Of a stretch of 64,000 nucleotides of DNA, positions 50,608 through 64,000 are shown one piece after another. The notes under the pieces were generated by a model. It did no database searches and had not been told where the DNA came from. It saw only the letters and a list, made by a program, of their open reading frames with translations. Source of the stretch: Camelus dromedarius. Lineage: Eukaryota. A program made the position numbers and the translations under genes. The stretch's first letter is position 1; each line of letters begins with the position of its first letter. The stretch is taken from the NCBI RefSeq assembly GCF_036321535.1, contig NC_087436.1, forward strand, positions 97,156,001 to 97,220,000. Reading direction: 5' to 3'.

Positions 50608-52649
50608 GTAGGTCTGTCATTAAATGGGTAGGAGTTGAAAGTATTTTCTGATATTTATCATACAAGGTAATAAGGATTTTATTACCATTTCAGTTCTTCA
50701 GTTGCTTCTTGTAGAAGAGTTGAATGGTTTCTGGAAGCCTACTCATTTTGCAGCTTCTGAAAGTTCCTTAGGGAAATCACTGAAAAGTAGGAAAATTGAA
50801 ATATTATACTAAGTAATATGAAAGGCAGACATGTTGGCATCTAATTTAAAGTAAATTTATGTCATTCTATTCCTCTACATGTAGTCCCATAATTTTTAAG
50901 ATTTACTCATTATTTTAAAAAATGGATTAATGAAAAAATTAATGCTTTCTCTAAATGTATCACAGTTAAAGTAATGACAAAGGAAAATATTCAGTCGTTT
51001 GTTCACAATAAAATAAACTATTAAGCATATTTAATAGCATGTTGAAAAACCAAATTCCTAAAAGATCTACTTTGGCATTTTTATGGTCTCAAAAGAGTTT
51101 TAATAAAAGAGTAAGAATTATTTAATGTATTTGGCTTACAAAATAGTTAATGAGATTTCTGTGAGGACTTTCAGAAATTGACCATCTAAGATCTTTGGTG
51201 TGACAGTTTCTTATCACATTCTGTAATGTAATAATGAAAAAGTATAAATACTAAAATGTGCAAAAATCAGCTTTATAGAAGTTTAATAAAAAATTTTATA
51301 TGAGGAAGGGAAGATATTTGTGAAGCTACATTACTTACATAAAATTACATGAAACACATTAACATCATTACATAATGCTAATTGAAATAACTATTGTTTT
51401 CTAGTAAATCTAATTTGATTTTTTTGTGTGAGCATAACTGGTTATTGATTTGTTTTTGTTTTAATCTTAATAGTGCTTTTATTCTAAATGAATAATCAGT
51501 TTAAGGTGGCTTCCTGTGGAATGTTAAAATATAAGTACATTCTATATATTAAGTTGCTTAAATAACTTAAATAATATTAGTGTATGCCCATATAATCATA
51601 TCCAAAAATTAAACATTCTTGATGGACTGTTAACTGATACAAGTAGGTGTGTAGGAGAAATGTCCACAAGGAGATGTGGTTAAAAAAAAATGGCTGCAGC
51701 TGGATTCTTACTCACTTTAAATAGTGTGTTATAGAACTGGAAATCAATAAAGTAGCCACTGAGGAGTCATACAGATTTGTGTTTTAGGAGGAGAACTGAC
51801 TGACGTGGTAAAGAAGTGATTGGAGGAAGACAGGCTTTAAGTAATGAGAGTTTAGCTAGAAGAAGAAGTAATTAAAAACAGTGCGTTGAGAGCATCTTCA
51901 GATTGAATTGATAAGATTAAATATCTGGATGGATGCAGTGCTGACACTAAAGGGGAAGAATAAATCAGACTCCAGGATTTCGAGCTTGTTGATGAGGTAG
52001 AAGGAGAAGCTTTTAAATTGGAACATGAAGGAGCTACAGCAGGTTGAGGGTAAAAAAGAGGAATAAAGAAGATGACTTCAGTATAGGGCATTCTGAGTTA
52101 CTTAGGTCCCAGCAGCATGCATGTTCCAAGAAATAGTTGGAGCTGTGGATGGGGAACCGAGGGAGAAATTCAGGACGTGGCACGTTACCCTAATTTTATT
52201 TATAGTGAGGAGATGAAATTTGGGGATGAGATGAGATGATAGAAGGAAAATTTGTGGAGTAAGACAAGAAGAGGGCCAGTTAGAGAACTGTCTGGACAAT
52301 GTTTGCTTTGAACAGTGGGTCAGAGTAAATCAAGAAGGAGTGGTCTGAGAGGGAAGAGGAGGTGGAAGACGGCCCTTTGCCACATCAGGGCGTCAACAAA
52401 GTCATGCCACAGAGTGGTTAATCAGAGGAATATTTCTTCTGTCTGATCCAGTGTATTCCATTTAACTCATTTGGATAAAATACAAGCCATCGACAGAAAA
52501 CTGTGATAGGTAGCAGGTGGGTAAATAGATTTCACAGCGTTATTCAGTTTTCAAAAGGAATTTAATTAAGAACTTGACCTTCATGTTATTTTTTTTTTCA
52601 TAAAAGCCAAACATAACCAGTGGTATTTTTTTATTCATCTGTTCTCTAG

Positions 52650-52752
52650 GCCCATCTTTACCTTTGAGATCTATTTACCCTCAGAACGTGCATTTTTATT
52701 TGGAGCTGAAACATCTCAAGCTCAAAGAAAATGGACAGAGGCAATAGCCAAG
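52650..52752 (+). CDS. ARAP2: ARAP2 exon (103 nt, phase 2-0), end of PH3: PIFTFEIYLPSERAFLFGAETSQAQRKWTEAIAK
   Basis: gttctctag acceptor, AAG|gtattt donor; PH C-terminal helix. Confidence 0.95.
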
Positions 52753-53409
52753 GTATTTAAATATTATATTATTACCCAAATCCAGAGAATATTCTTAACC
52801 TTCAGAGCTCCATAAAAATTTTATACATGATTCTGGGAAGAATGTTCATATTTCATTAGGTTTTTGTAAGTTGTAGTCAAAAGAGGTTAACAGCTACCTT
52901 CCTAGAGCCTTAAGCAGAGAAGAAATTAATGTAGGAACTTGGAGAAACCATTCTTCAATTTAAGGCCATGCTTTGATGATTAAGATCTTTTCAGTACTGT
53001 AAAGTCATTTCTGTGTCTGCCTTTTTATAGGTAGATATCTTATTTATGATATACACAAAGGGGAAAAGAACAGATTCAATAAAAGATACAAATGAAGACA
53101 AACATTTGAAGGTTGACATTTTGAAAAATGTCACAAATCAACAGTGTCTTCCTATTTCAATTCTATATATATCAAGAATTTCAATTCTATACATATCAAG
53201 AAAAATGGCTTAAAATGCTGCCATTTGAAATCATGTTACAGGTGTTCAGTTTTTAGACCGATAGCTAGTTTCAGTAAGTTTTTTGAAATCTGTGTTATTT
53301 ATTAACCTTTAGAATAGAAAAATTTTTGCACATGCTCTCATATCTGTAGCTATGTAAGGGATTTTCTATTTGCACTGTCTTTATTACTTTCTTGTATTTG
53401 TTTTAACAG

Positions 53410-53602
53410 CATTTTATTCCCTTTGTTGCTGAAAACTTAACAGAAGCTGACTATGATTTGATTGGTCAACTCTACTACAAAGACTGCCATGCGCTGGATC
53501 AGTGGAGAAAAGGCTGGTTTGCTCTGGACAAATCTAGTTTGCGTTTTTGTCTTCAAGAAGGTCAGGAAGACAGAATGCACTTGAGAAGACTGCAAGAGCT
53601 CA
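53410..53602 (+). CDS. ARAP2: ARAP2 exon (193 nt, phase 0-1), PH4: HFIPFVAENLTEADYDLIGQLYYKDCHALDQWRKGWFALDKSSLRFCLQEGQEDRMHLRRLQEL
   Basis: ttttaacag acceptor, A|gtgagt donor; overlaps ORF 53458..53664. Confidence 0.95.
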
Positions 53603-53774
53603 GTGAGTTTTGTTTTTTCCTTTCATCTTATGTTTTGGATACAGTTCTTTATTGCATGTGGTAATAGTAGCCTTTACATACAATGATGGTGTCTCACTCT
53701 TGAAATAGACTTTATTGTAGTTAGTGTCATGTTTTAAAAAAAAATATGTTCATGCTCTTCTTCTTTCCCGCCAG

Positions 53775-53838
53775 CAATCAGCACAATGGTTCAAAATGGG
53801 GAAAAAATGGATGTCTTGCTCTTGGTAGAAAAAGGGAG
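53775..53838 (+). CDS. ARAP2: ARAP2 exon (64 nt, phase 1-2), PH4: (T)ISTMVQNGEKMDVLLLVEKG(R); last canonical exon seen in window
   Basis: ttctttcccgccag acceptor, AG|gtgagt donor; frame consistent. Confidence 0.94.
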
Positions 53839-53955
53839 GTGAGTACATTTTTGCTTTATATTCTTTATTATGGCAACTCTAAGGAGTTGCATATTCCAGT
53901 TATCCTCTTGGGAGGAGAATCCATTAGTTTATTGTCTTTTGGAAATTTTCCAATA

Positions 53956-53958
<3 letters not shown>

Positions 53959-53986
<28 letters not shown>
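53959..53986. repeat. (TG)14 microsatellite
   Basis: seen directly, about 120 nt downstream of exon 53775-53838. Confidence 0.95.
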
Positions 53987-53989
<3 letters not shown>

Positions 53990-54244
53990 TCTTTTTAGTA
54001 GAAAGAGTACACCAGTGAAGCTTGCATATTTTTCCATTTGTTATGACAAACTCAGTGTGATCAATTATAGTTTTCTACAGACCTCAGTCCATTTGGGACA
54101 TTCACATTTAAGTATTTGAAAGCACTTTGGTAGTTGTAAAAATATTTTCAGTGTAGGTATATGATGACTATAAATAATACTGTGACTTATCTATGGAAGT
54201 GAGTCACGCATACCTGAAATTTGATTTCTTGAGTTTATTTGGTT

Positions 54245-55370
54245 TTTCAGTAAATACTAAGCGTCTAACATGCATCGTGTATTGTTATAGGTATCGAGGA
54301 TACAGTGATGAATAAAAAAGATATGGTTTCTGCCCTTGTGAAGCAAGTACACTAGTGGGGAAAACAATATAAACAACAAAAAGAAATAATTGCATAGTAT
54401 TGTGTCCCTCAATTTTAAATGCTTGAAGAAAAATAATCAGAGCACACCTGATGGAGCAGTATTCTGTTTTAGACAGGGTGGTAAGAAAAGGTATCAAGTG
54501 AAGAAACACACCGTGCAGTGGTGTGAATACAGTGTTCAGGTTCGAGGTCAAGGATGTTTTGAAGACCCTAAGAGTATGTCGTGCTTGGCATGTTCAAGGT
54601 CTGCAAGGAAGCTGCTGTGGCTGCAGAAATTTGAATAAGGGACAGTGGGGAGAAATGATGACAGAGATATCCCTGGGTCAGACTGTCTAGGGTCTTATAG
54701 GCCATGCTATATAAAGATGTGAGTTTTATTCTAAGCGTGATGGGAAGCCACTCAGTTTGAGAGCCAGGAAGTAGAATCATCTGACTTACATTTTTAAATG
54801 AGTCCTCTGACTCCAGATGAACAGTTTTTGGAGGACAAGAGTGAAGGGAGTTTGCAGGTGGGATGCTGCTGCAGAGGCCAGACGGAAGATGACTCACTGA
54901 ATAAGGTGGTGGTAGGGAGTGGTGGGATATATTGTGAAGGGAGAGGTGAGAGGATTCCATGAGTGTAGGAGTCAAGGATGACCGCAAAGTTTTTGGCCTG
55001 AGCGTTTACATGCATGGTGGTGCTGTTTTTTTGAGATAACAAATGCATGGAATGGAGAAGTAGGATATTTGTAAGTTTAGGATAGTAGATAAAGAATGTG
55101 GTTTTGCAAATGATGATTTTGAGACGTCTGTTTGACAGGGGAGCTGGTGAGTGGGCATTTGGATTTGCAAGCCTGAAATTAAGTGGAGTTGCAGCTGGAG
55201 ATGAAGATGTGAGAGTTGTCAGCATTTGATTTATTTAGCCCAGGAACTGGACAGACTCACCCAGAGAGGGAATGGAGATAGAAAAGAGATGTAAGGACAT
55301 AGCCCCAGGACCTCTGCATTTCCGAGGGGGGATGACCTAGCAGAAGAGCCTGAGAGGAGCAGCTCGAGTC
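54245..55370 (-). mobile_element. LINE-2 (L2a-like) fragment of about 1.1 kb
   Basis: ggatacagtgatgaataa...tgagttttattctaagcgtgatgggaagccac...ggagtcaaggatgac...gttttggcctgagc. Confidence 0.8.
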
Positions 55371-57289
55371 CTTTCCCAACAAATAGGAAGTATAGTCTTC
55401 TGAGCCAATTTTTTTTCTTTCTCTTCATTTGCTTTGAAATCCCTTAATTGCACTAATTCAGAATGTTCAGCTCTACAGGAGTACAAGACCATTTGCAAAA
55501 CCATATATAATGCTAATACTAAAATATAGCTAAGTCAGCCTTCCCTCAGGTTAATTTCCATGCTGGTGACCAGGATAATGGCTTTCAGCAGTTATCTGAA
55601 CCTGTCTTTTCTTGAACTTCCTGGGAAGACATCAACAGCTTTAGGCAGCAAGCATACTGCTGATCAGCCGTTTCTGTCAGAATGTGTGTTTTAACTTGCA
55701 GACATAATTAGGATGTTGTTTTACTTATTTATTGCTGGGCTTACGATGGTTAATGATGCCTTAGACTCTGATTTCTGGTACCAGATGATAGTTTTACTCT
55801 TCTCTGAGAACGCTGTCACGTACATGTTGAGGAACAATAATGAGGCAGTGTTATGTATGGATAGTATTCTGCATTAAAGCACTAGCACGAGTGTACTTCT
55901 GCCATCATCTGGTAATATTTATGAAATGCCTGCTGCCTGTGACCTACATGGCAGGAAAAAATGGTTAACAATACAAATTTGGTGTCTGAGTTCACAGAGC
56001 TTATGTTCTTAAACAATAAAAGCAAGCAGAAACTTGCTAGTGGAATTTATTGGATTTATTATATATATGTATATATATATTTGTGTGTGTATACACACAG
56101 ACACACACACACACACATATTTTATTTTTTAATCAGGTTACTATAGCCAAGGTATTTTTCTACCACTTTTAGTCTATAAAGGATTTGACCAGTGGTACAT
56201 AAGTTTTAATCAAAATATACCAAACATGGATTACTATTATTCAATTTGAATGTTTATTTAGTGCTTATTGCATGCAATGCACTCCCTCATGAATGCAAGA
56301 TAAAGAAGCCGGAAAACTAAGTATTTTATTATTTTATAACACCTTGACCTTGACCTTGCCCTTGGGCTCCAGGAATCAGAAGGTGAACTCAGATACACTC
56401 GAAGTTCATGGAATAGTTAAAAACTAATAGAATTACAAAATAATGATCAAAGCTGCTTAATTTGTTTTTGATCATAATTTAAAGTTTTTATCTACATGTT
56501 TTATCAACTAGTTATGTTGAAAGCGTTTTTATGAATGGGGAGAATGAGGAATATGTCAGGATGAGAACAGGAGAAATACAGGGACAAGTATAAAACCAAG
56601 TTATTTTCCTTAAATCTCTTTGAATAAGCTGCCATTAAAAAAAAAAACAGCACTGTTTGAAAACAACCGTGTTATCACATACTTATATCTTGGTTTTTAC
56701 TTGCTTTTCCTGTTTTCTCCAAATCGCTAATATTCCGATGGTAACACAGAGATGGCGATGTGTACAACTCACATGTACCAGGCATTATTTTACACACTTA
56801 ATCAGCCTTCCAGTGCCTATGTGATATTGAGGAGAATAATCCATTTTGAAGTCAAGGTAGAGTCATTTTGTAACTTCAAAACCTAGAGACTGTTTTTGAA
56901 ACAAGTGTTGTGTTAATTTCCCAATACTTTTGTACAATCACTCTCAAAAATTTTAAATTACCAACATTTAAAATTTTAGCATTTTATTAGGAAAAAAACT
57001 TTTATCAGAAAGCTGAAAAAAGTTATTTTACTACAAAAAATATGTGTAACCATACAATGCTTAATTAAAGGTGAAGCAGAAAGAAGAGAGGTCAGAAGTG
57101 TGACTGAAGAATCAGCCAGGGAGATGGGGAGTGCGTTAGGTTATAAACCCTGACGGAACACAGCGCATGCAGGCGTACCAGCATGTGACACTTGGGTGGT
57201 GCAGAACAGGGTCAAGTGTACACACTGTGTGTGTATATGCAGGCATACATGTGTACATACATGTATGTTATGTAAATAAACACACTTGA

Positions 57290-57860
57290 GATAGGGAATA
57301 AAGGAAAAAGAGCAGGTTTTGGAGTGAGCTTGGGAGATACTTAGACATGCTGAAAATGAGGTGCTTATAAATATCTAAGGAGAAATTGCTAGGAGGAAGC
57401 TGTAGTTATGGACCTGATGGTCATGTCAAGGTTAATGGGGTAGAGACAGAGATGTTGAAGTTACCCATATAGAGAAGGAAGAAGATGAAATCACTTAGGG
57501 AGAGTCTGTAGAATGAGAAGGAAAGAAATGACATTTTGGAGCCTTAATGAATATGTGTCATTGGAGGAGGGTGCAGTTGTCAAGGAAGAAGAACTCTCCT
57601 GGCCTATTAAGCTGGTCTATCCAGAGAGTGAGGCAGGAAACCTAGAGAGAGTGTGTCACTAAGCCCAGGAAGAGAGTGTTTCAAGAAAGAAGGAATAATC
57701 GAAAGTGTGAGGTGCTGCCTGATGAGGACAGACACCTCGCTGGGTAAGTGATGGGGAGTCTATCTTGTGACTTTGAGGAGAACAGAAGTGAGGAAGCAGA
57801 AACTGGATTAGGGTAAACTAGGGAACTGGATTAGATTACATGAGCAGCTGGTGAGGACAG
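57290..57860 (-). mobile_element. LINE-2 fragment
   Basis: purine-rich, gaggtgcttataaatatctaaggaga...gtgtcactaagcccaggaagagagtgtttcaagaaagaagga. Confidence 0.6.
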
Positions 57861-60800
57861 TTTGTCAAGGATGTCTGGGGGTTAATAGGATTAGTGAGGT
57901 CAAAGGCATTTGACCCAGGAAGGGAGTATGTGCTTTAGATGTCTTGAGCTTGTGCCCTCTGAAACATTTTGATGGGAAAGAAACCAAAACAAGAGAGAGA
58001 GAGTGAAGGTATAAGAGAGAGGCCAGCAGGAGAGTGAGGTCCCTCAATTGTAATAGGAAGAAAGAGGAATTGATGGTTGGTTTTGGGTGTTGGTAGTTTT
58101 CTAGATCTGATGGTAAGATGTTGAGAGAAAGACTAGTCTTCTGGTTTTCAGTCTGCTGGCTTTTAATTGCTTTGTGAAGCAGGAGGTAAGAATGACTCCT
58201 GAGCTTTTGGCCTGGGTGACTTGTATCATTTTCCAAGACAGGGAATACGTCCTTCTCTCCCAGTATTCAAACAAGGCCAGTTAATTATAAATGTGACTTT
58301 TTTAAGAGCTGTTTAATGTCATGTCAAAATAAGAGAATTTCATTGCCCCGTCCTCTTTTCCATCTCTCTTTTGATCTGTTAGCCCCTTGGGAAATAATGA
58401 CTGTAAGCTGCAGTAGATTGTGTTAGACTTGTCAATGATAGATAAAATTGTGGCTTTAAGAAATAAAGCAACTTCCAATTATCCATGTTGATGGCATATA
58501 AAGGTAGAATAATTGAGAGAGAGAGAAATCAGCCAGCTGTAAATTTTAACCTTTACTTTTTTTTGCTAGTAACAGCTTGAACCAGAACTGCAAATCATAA
58601 ATAGACTCAAATTAATTTCACATCTTTTCTCTGTCCTTGTCTACCTTTGATTAAACTGTTAAAATATATTAATGTTTCTTAAGGGCAGGAGAATGAACCC
58701 CATGAACTACAGAAGTTCATAAATTGATAACCATCCACTGACTATAGTCACTATTTAGATATATATTTTAATCTTGATGGCAGCTTTCTCTATATACATA
58801 GCATGACTGTCTTTAGACAGAAAAATATTGCAGTATTATTTTCCATACACAGAAAATTTTTGCTCCAAAAAGCTCTAAGCAGAAGGTGTTCCAGATGGTG
58901 TCGCTTTAATATGTATTCTTTGTATACTTTAAAAATTATTATTTTGAAAAATAAAGCTTTCTTGATCACACTTAAGGCTTTCTGGCATGATATTTGTTGC
59001 TGTTATTGGGACTTAGATTCTCTGCTTTTAAGAATTAGTCAGGATTTCTGTGTGTGAAAAAAAAAAAAAGCATGTTTTTTTATCTGTTGTTAGTCAGTGA
59101 ATGTTCCTGACCACGATGAGGTCAGAAGGCACTGTCCTGGACAGAAGGTTATATATCCACTGTGACTGAAACATTCAATAAATCACAACATCCTTTTCAT
59201 AAAATTGGAAAACTCTTTCTGCACTTGGCCCTCATTCTCTGATAAATAAGTTACTGTGTTCACCATTCACATTCTATAGCTTCACACTCATTTGTCAAAG
59301 ACACTTAATTATTAAGCTTTTACGGAAAGGCTGTTGGTTATAATATACACAGTATGAATAACTGTGCTGTGTCATCAGAAACAGAACAAACTAACCTTTT
59401 TGTTTGTTTGGTTTTCTGTTTTAATTTTTTTAAGATTGCTTAGTTGACCTACAGTAAAGTGTCATGCACTTGATGGCTCTGAAGCCTGACTCCATTTGGT
59501 TTTAACTGCAAATTCCAGACATAAAGAAACTAACACTGGGGAATAAAGACTTTTTCAGTATGTTTCACAATTATGGAACAGACTACTTGTCTCAATTTGG
59601 GAGATTAACACCCTGAGTTTAAGGTTCTTATTTCATATAAACTTACTACTTGTGATGTTTTTCCCCGTCCCTGAATTGTGTTTTATAGCGGCTGATACGT
59701 TAGCAATACTCTCCAGGGTGAATTATCTTAAAGTGGTTTCTCAATTGTGCATGTAATTGCAAATTAAACAGTAGCCAATTGCCCACAATATTAGCTTGAC
59801 TGCTTTTGTAACTTTCTGATGATTTAATTCGTAGAGATAGTTTAATCTGCGTGTTGCCAAGACACACGAAACACACTTCTCTCACCACCCCCACAGGTTT
59901 GCAGAAAGAAAGGGACTGTTCAAACTTACGTTATTAGGTGATATATTTTTTGTTTTGTTTTGTTAAAGAGAATTATGATAAAGGGAATAGGTGACTACTT
60001 AAAAAAAGGTGGATTTTAAAGTGTATGTTATTTGCTTCCAAAATTTATTTCATTCAATTCAAAGCAACTTCTGAACACCAGAATGTAGGCTTATGAACAA
60101 ATAAATGCAATGTGGTGCGAAAAAAAACCCATAAAAGAGTGAGAGGACCCTTCTAGATAAATGGCATTGAGGTAATAATTTTTATTTTTAAGTACAAAAG
60201 TATATTTAAGTGGCTTTGGAATCCTAGATAGGATTAGAGTAGGAAGAGATAAGAGGTTAAGACACTAAGTTATTCCAAGAAGTGGGAACAATAGTTTCCC
60301 AGAAATCGGATGGGCTCGGGAACAAGTTCAGTTCAGGCTGGCCTTAACCTTCAATTTTTGAGGAGGAAGCCTGAACCGAAGGGCCTGGAAAGATAAGTTG
60401 ATCCCTTATTAGTATTACCAATTCAAGGTCATTTATAACTTACCTTGTTCTGGAAAGGACTGCAGGCTCTTCTGTACAAGGGTACAGAAGCCTTTTTTTT
60501 TTTCATTTGTTTGTTAGCAGACTTGAAACAAGACTGTCTCCCATTACTGTAGGTGATTGCCTAATCATGTGTAGAGATGAAACTGAAAAACTGGAGGCTT
60601 TGCCTTCCTCAGAGAATAGTGTGCCTTGCTTGACACTTTACTGAACTGTTGGCTTCAGAGGAAACAAGCCATTTAAGCTAATACTTCTTTCTGCATTATT
60701 CTTGTGATACTGTCTCTGCCTCTGCAGATTTTCTTAATAATTGTTTGCCTGTTTCTGGCAGAAATTCCACTTCTAAGCAGCAGTTTATTATCTGAAGGTG

Positions 60801-60999
60801 TGGGGGAAAATACTGTTTCTTTATAAATTAAAATGAGGGTGATTGATGGATGCAATGACAAAATGAAGCGTGCCAGACTCTCATTTCTGTCCATGAAAAA
60901 TAATTGGCATGGAACACACCCTCCCTCTTCAAATAGCTAGAGACCCAGAAAAAACATATGGGATGAACCATTTTCAAACTTGGAGACAGTAGGCATCCA

Positions 61000-62470
61000 G
61001 GTTGGGGATCATGGAGAGAAAGGTAACAAGTGACATAAGGCTTAAGATCACCTTGGCTTCCTATCTGAAGGCACATTTCAGACCCTGGCACAGGGAATGG
61101 GGACACCCATGTGCAGTGTGGTGGTTCTGCTCCATTGAAGAGGTAGAGATAGGATTTGGGGAAACAGTGGTAGCTAAAAGTTGCAGGGTAGAGTATCAGA
61201 GCAGAGGGGGAGATGTGTAGAGATGGAGTTCCAGAAATCTTCATAGGCATTCCCTTTTGTCTTCAGTGCAGTACTAACCTGCATATTTGCAGGCTGAATC
61301 TCCAGCACACTCCCATGATGTGCTATGAGTTGAACAATTCCAGAGCTTAGACAGTGTTGGAGTGGGTTCAGATTTTATCCAGCCAGGTTAGACAGCCCTC
61401 ATTAAACACACAGAGCATTGTAAAGACCCAGAAAGTAATTAAGCCTACACTGGCTCTAGGGTAAAGGCTGCTCCATTTTTACCTTACTAAGCTTAAAAGA
61501 CCTCTCCACAAGTAATTTAGTTACCTGGGGTCAAATAGGCAAAAGATGCCTAAACAGACATCAACACCTTTTAAAGGAAGACAACACAATCCTGACACTG
61601 AACTTAACACTCATGATGTCTAGCATACAGGTAAAATGACTAGTGATGTGAGGAATCTGCAAATCAGTTGGTAAGAACAGACCCAGAAATGAGAAAGGTA
61701 ATGAAATTAGCAAAGAATATAGACAGTAATTTGTAAATATTATAAATATGTTAAAAGATGTAAAGGAAAACATAAATATAGTGAGAAAAAAATCTAAAGA
61801 AAGAACCAAATGAAACGTTTAAAGCTGAAGAATACATTATCTGAAAAGAAGATTTTATTGTATCAGCTCAACACAAGAGTAGACTCTACCTAAAAAAATC
61901 TTAATGAACTTGAAGCCATGACAATAGGAATTATCAAAACTTAAGCACAGAGAGAAAAGACTGAATAAAATGAATAGAGCCTCAGTGGCCTGTGGGGCAA
62001 TATCAAGTATTCTTATGTAAGTATAATTAGAATCCCAAAGTGAGAGAAGAGAAAGATGGAGTAAAAAAGAAAAAAAATTTAAAGAAATGTGGCCATTTTC
62101 TTAACTTGATAAAAAAAACTATAAATTCACGCACATATACTAAGATCAACATACCTCAAGCATGATAAAGACAGTCTACATCAAGGCACATCATAATCAA
62201 ATTCCTGAAAACCAGTGTGAGGAGGGAAAAAAAAGTACCAGGGGAAAAAAGACATTAAAATAGGGGACAAAGAAGAGAATGTCTTGTCAGAAGTAGTGCA
62301 AGACAGAAGATAGTTTAATGAAATCTTTTAATGTGCCAAGGGGGAGGAAGGGACAAAAAAAATAAATAAACAAAACAACAGCTATTAGCCTAAAATACCT
62401 TATTAAGCAAAAATATCTTCTAGAAGTGAAAGTAAAATAAAGTATTTTTTTGTCCAGACAAATGCTGACT
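61000..62470 (+). mobile_element. ancient LINE-1 5' UTR/ORF1 remnant (L1M), decayed
   Basis: A-rich strand with ORF1-like aagaaccaaatgaaa...aatacattatctgaaa...gagcctcagtggcctgtggggcaatatcaag...aggcacatcataatcaaattcctgaaaacc; many stops. Confidence 0.75.
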
Positions 62471-64000
62471 TATAATACAAGACTCAGTGTTTTTATTTTT
62501 GTATGACTGCCTAGGATATTATGTATTTTAGTCATATTTTGGGAGTGTGGTGTTTGTTTTCTAGTCGTGTTTAAAATGTTCTTCATATAGGTGAATTTAT
62601 TTTTATACAGCCAGATTTATAGATACTATCATTTGTTCTGATTCTTATCAATAGACTAGGCTCAAATACGATAGTGTCTACTTTGTGGTTATTATATTGC
62701 AATTTTGAGAAAATTGTTTTTGTTAGTTTTGGGACTTGGTTTCTAGGTCTTATTGAGCCGTCTTGATTCATTATAGGATATAGGGATATTTCTTCATAGG
62801 GCTTTGGAGTCCCCTTCCCCTTTAAAATTTATGCTGGGGGATTGGACAGTTAAGAAAATATATTTATCTATAATTAGAGTTCTTCAAAATAACTTTCGAG
62901 ATTTTCAAGATGTAAGTTCATATTTCTTTGGAATCCTTATCCTGAAATGTAAAATCATTGTTTGCTAACACTTGAAATCACCAAGTTGGCCAGCATTCGT
63001 GTTGAAAATCTCCTTTAAAGCTTTCTGCAGTGTGCGCAGAGTTTAGATGGCTCCGGAGAGGAAAGCTGTTGAGCTGAAGCTACTGAATGTCAGACGTCTG
63101 CTGCACTCGGTGATGTATTTTAGGATTCAGTCTTTGACAAGTTGACTCAGGAGTTAACTTGTCATTACTCATTCTACCCTTCACTGGTTCACAAGGAGGC
63201 AGCTAAACTTGTCATCACAGGATTTCTTCTGACTAGAAAGAAAATTTGAAGTTTAAAACATTTACAGTTAATGGCAGAATTATACAGGTAATGTAGGAGG
63301 GCTGCTGCCTTTTGGGTTTCCTTTACTGCTTTCTCAAATCCTCATTGTAGTTGTCTGTTTATAAGCAAACCTTTTCAATGATTTTATGTTGTATTTAGAG
63401 CTTAATTATCAGATAAACAAACTAAGGCTCAAAAAATGATACAATTTTCTCTTTACCTAAACTCCTGAATTTAGCAAGTGGTAATTTTGTTTAGGTCTAC
63501 GTGAAGTAGGGGCTTGATATTTCTCAGGGAAATTACCTGAGTTATATAGTTTCATTTAGACAAATAAACCCAGCAGTAAAATGTTTTTGAGTTAAAGATG
63601 ATGTAAGATAAGTGAAAATGCTTAAAAGACATGACAGGAGTATTAGAGCAAGTGTCAGAAATCTTCAAAAAGAAAATTACAAAACTGGAGGTCAGGGCTG
63701 CAGTGGTGGTGTGGAAAATAAAATCCACAGATAAAGATGTGCAGAAGCCAGAGATGAGGATTAGGGGCACCGGTGTCAGTGAAGGAGGAGTCGTCACAGC
63801 GGGTTCAGAACGTGTTAGAAGTGAGTGGAGTGTGGTGCCAGCAGCTTTATCTTCTTAGAGGAGCATCTCTTCTTCTTCAAGAAAAGAAACCAAAGGAAAG
63901 AGAGGAGCACTTTTATTTTCTTTTAAATCAGGGCCAATGAATTATTAGGAATGTGAAAGATGACCCCCTCCCCTCCCCTCCCCCTGCAAAAACAATCCAG

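Noticed and set aside
54568..55225. Two long minus-strand ORFs (139 and 143 aa)
   Set aside because: They lie within a decayed L2 and show no recognisable domain
60828..62470. Intact L1 ORF1 or an antisense gene
   Set aside because: ORF1-like sequence is broken by stops and frameshifts; the 140-aa antisense ORF has no motif
1..64000. Prokaryotic-style systems (CRISPR array, operon, phage defence locus), promoter CpG island or retrocopy
   Set aside because: No regularly spaced repeats, long ORFs, CpG island or processed pseudogene seen; the window is explained as exon-intron structure of one mammalian gene

Overview
Mammalian genomic DNA, AT-rich and mostly intronic. It is probably a camelid (camel/alpaca/llama), judged from one Vic-1-like tRNA-derived SINE, an artiodactyl-type L1 3' end, and no recognisable Alu/B1/Bov-tA/PRE-1/Can-SINE. 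The window is an internal part of ARAP2 on the + strand: 13 consecutive coding exons (10169-53838), all GT-AG with compatible phases, splice into one open frame encoding PH1, PH2, the ArfGAP zinc finger (CX2CX16CX2CX4R intact), the ankyrin-like region, PH3 and most of PH4. Start and stop codons lie outside the window. Introns carry old L2, MIR, L1, MER/Tigger and LTR remnants plus microsatellites; repeat family names are from recognition, not a search, and their boundaries are approximate. I see no convincing new biological system. The best leads are splicing or structural oddities: a U12-type donor paired with a U2-looking acceptor, a candidate in-frame 21-nt microexon in the PH1 lipid-binding loop, an L1 with an inverted 3' end beside a splice donor, and an apparent 2-aa deletion in PH4.
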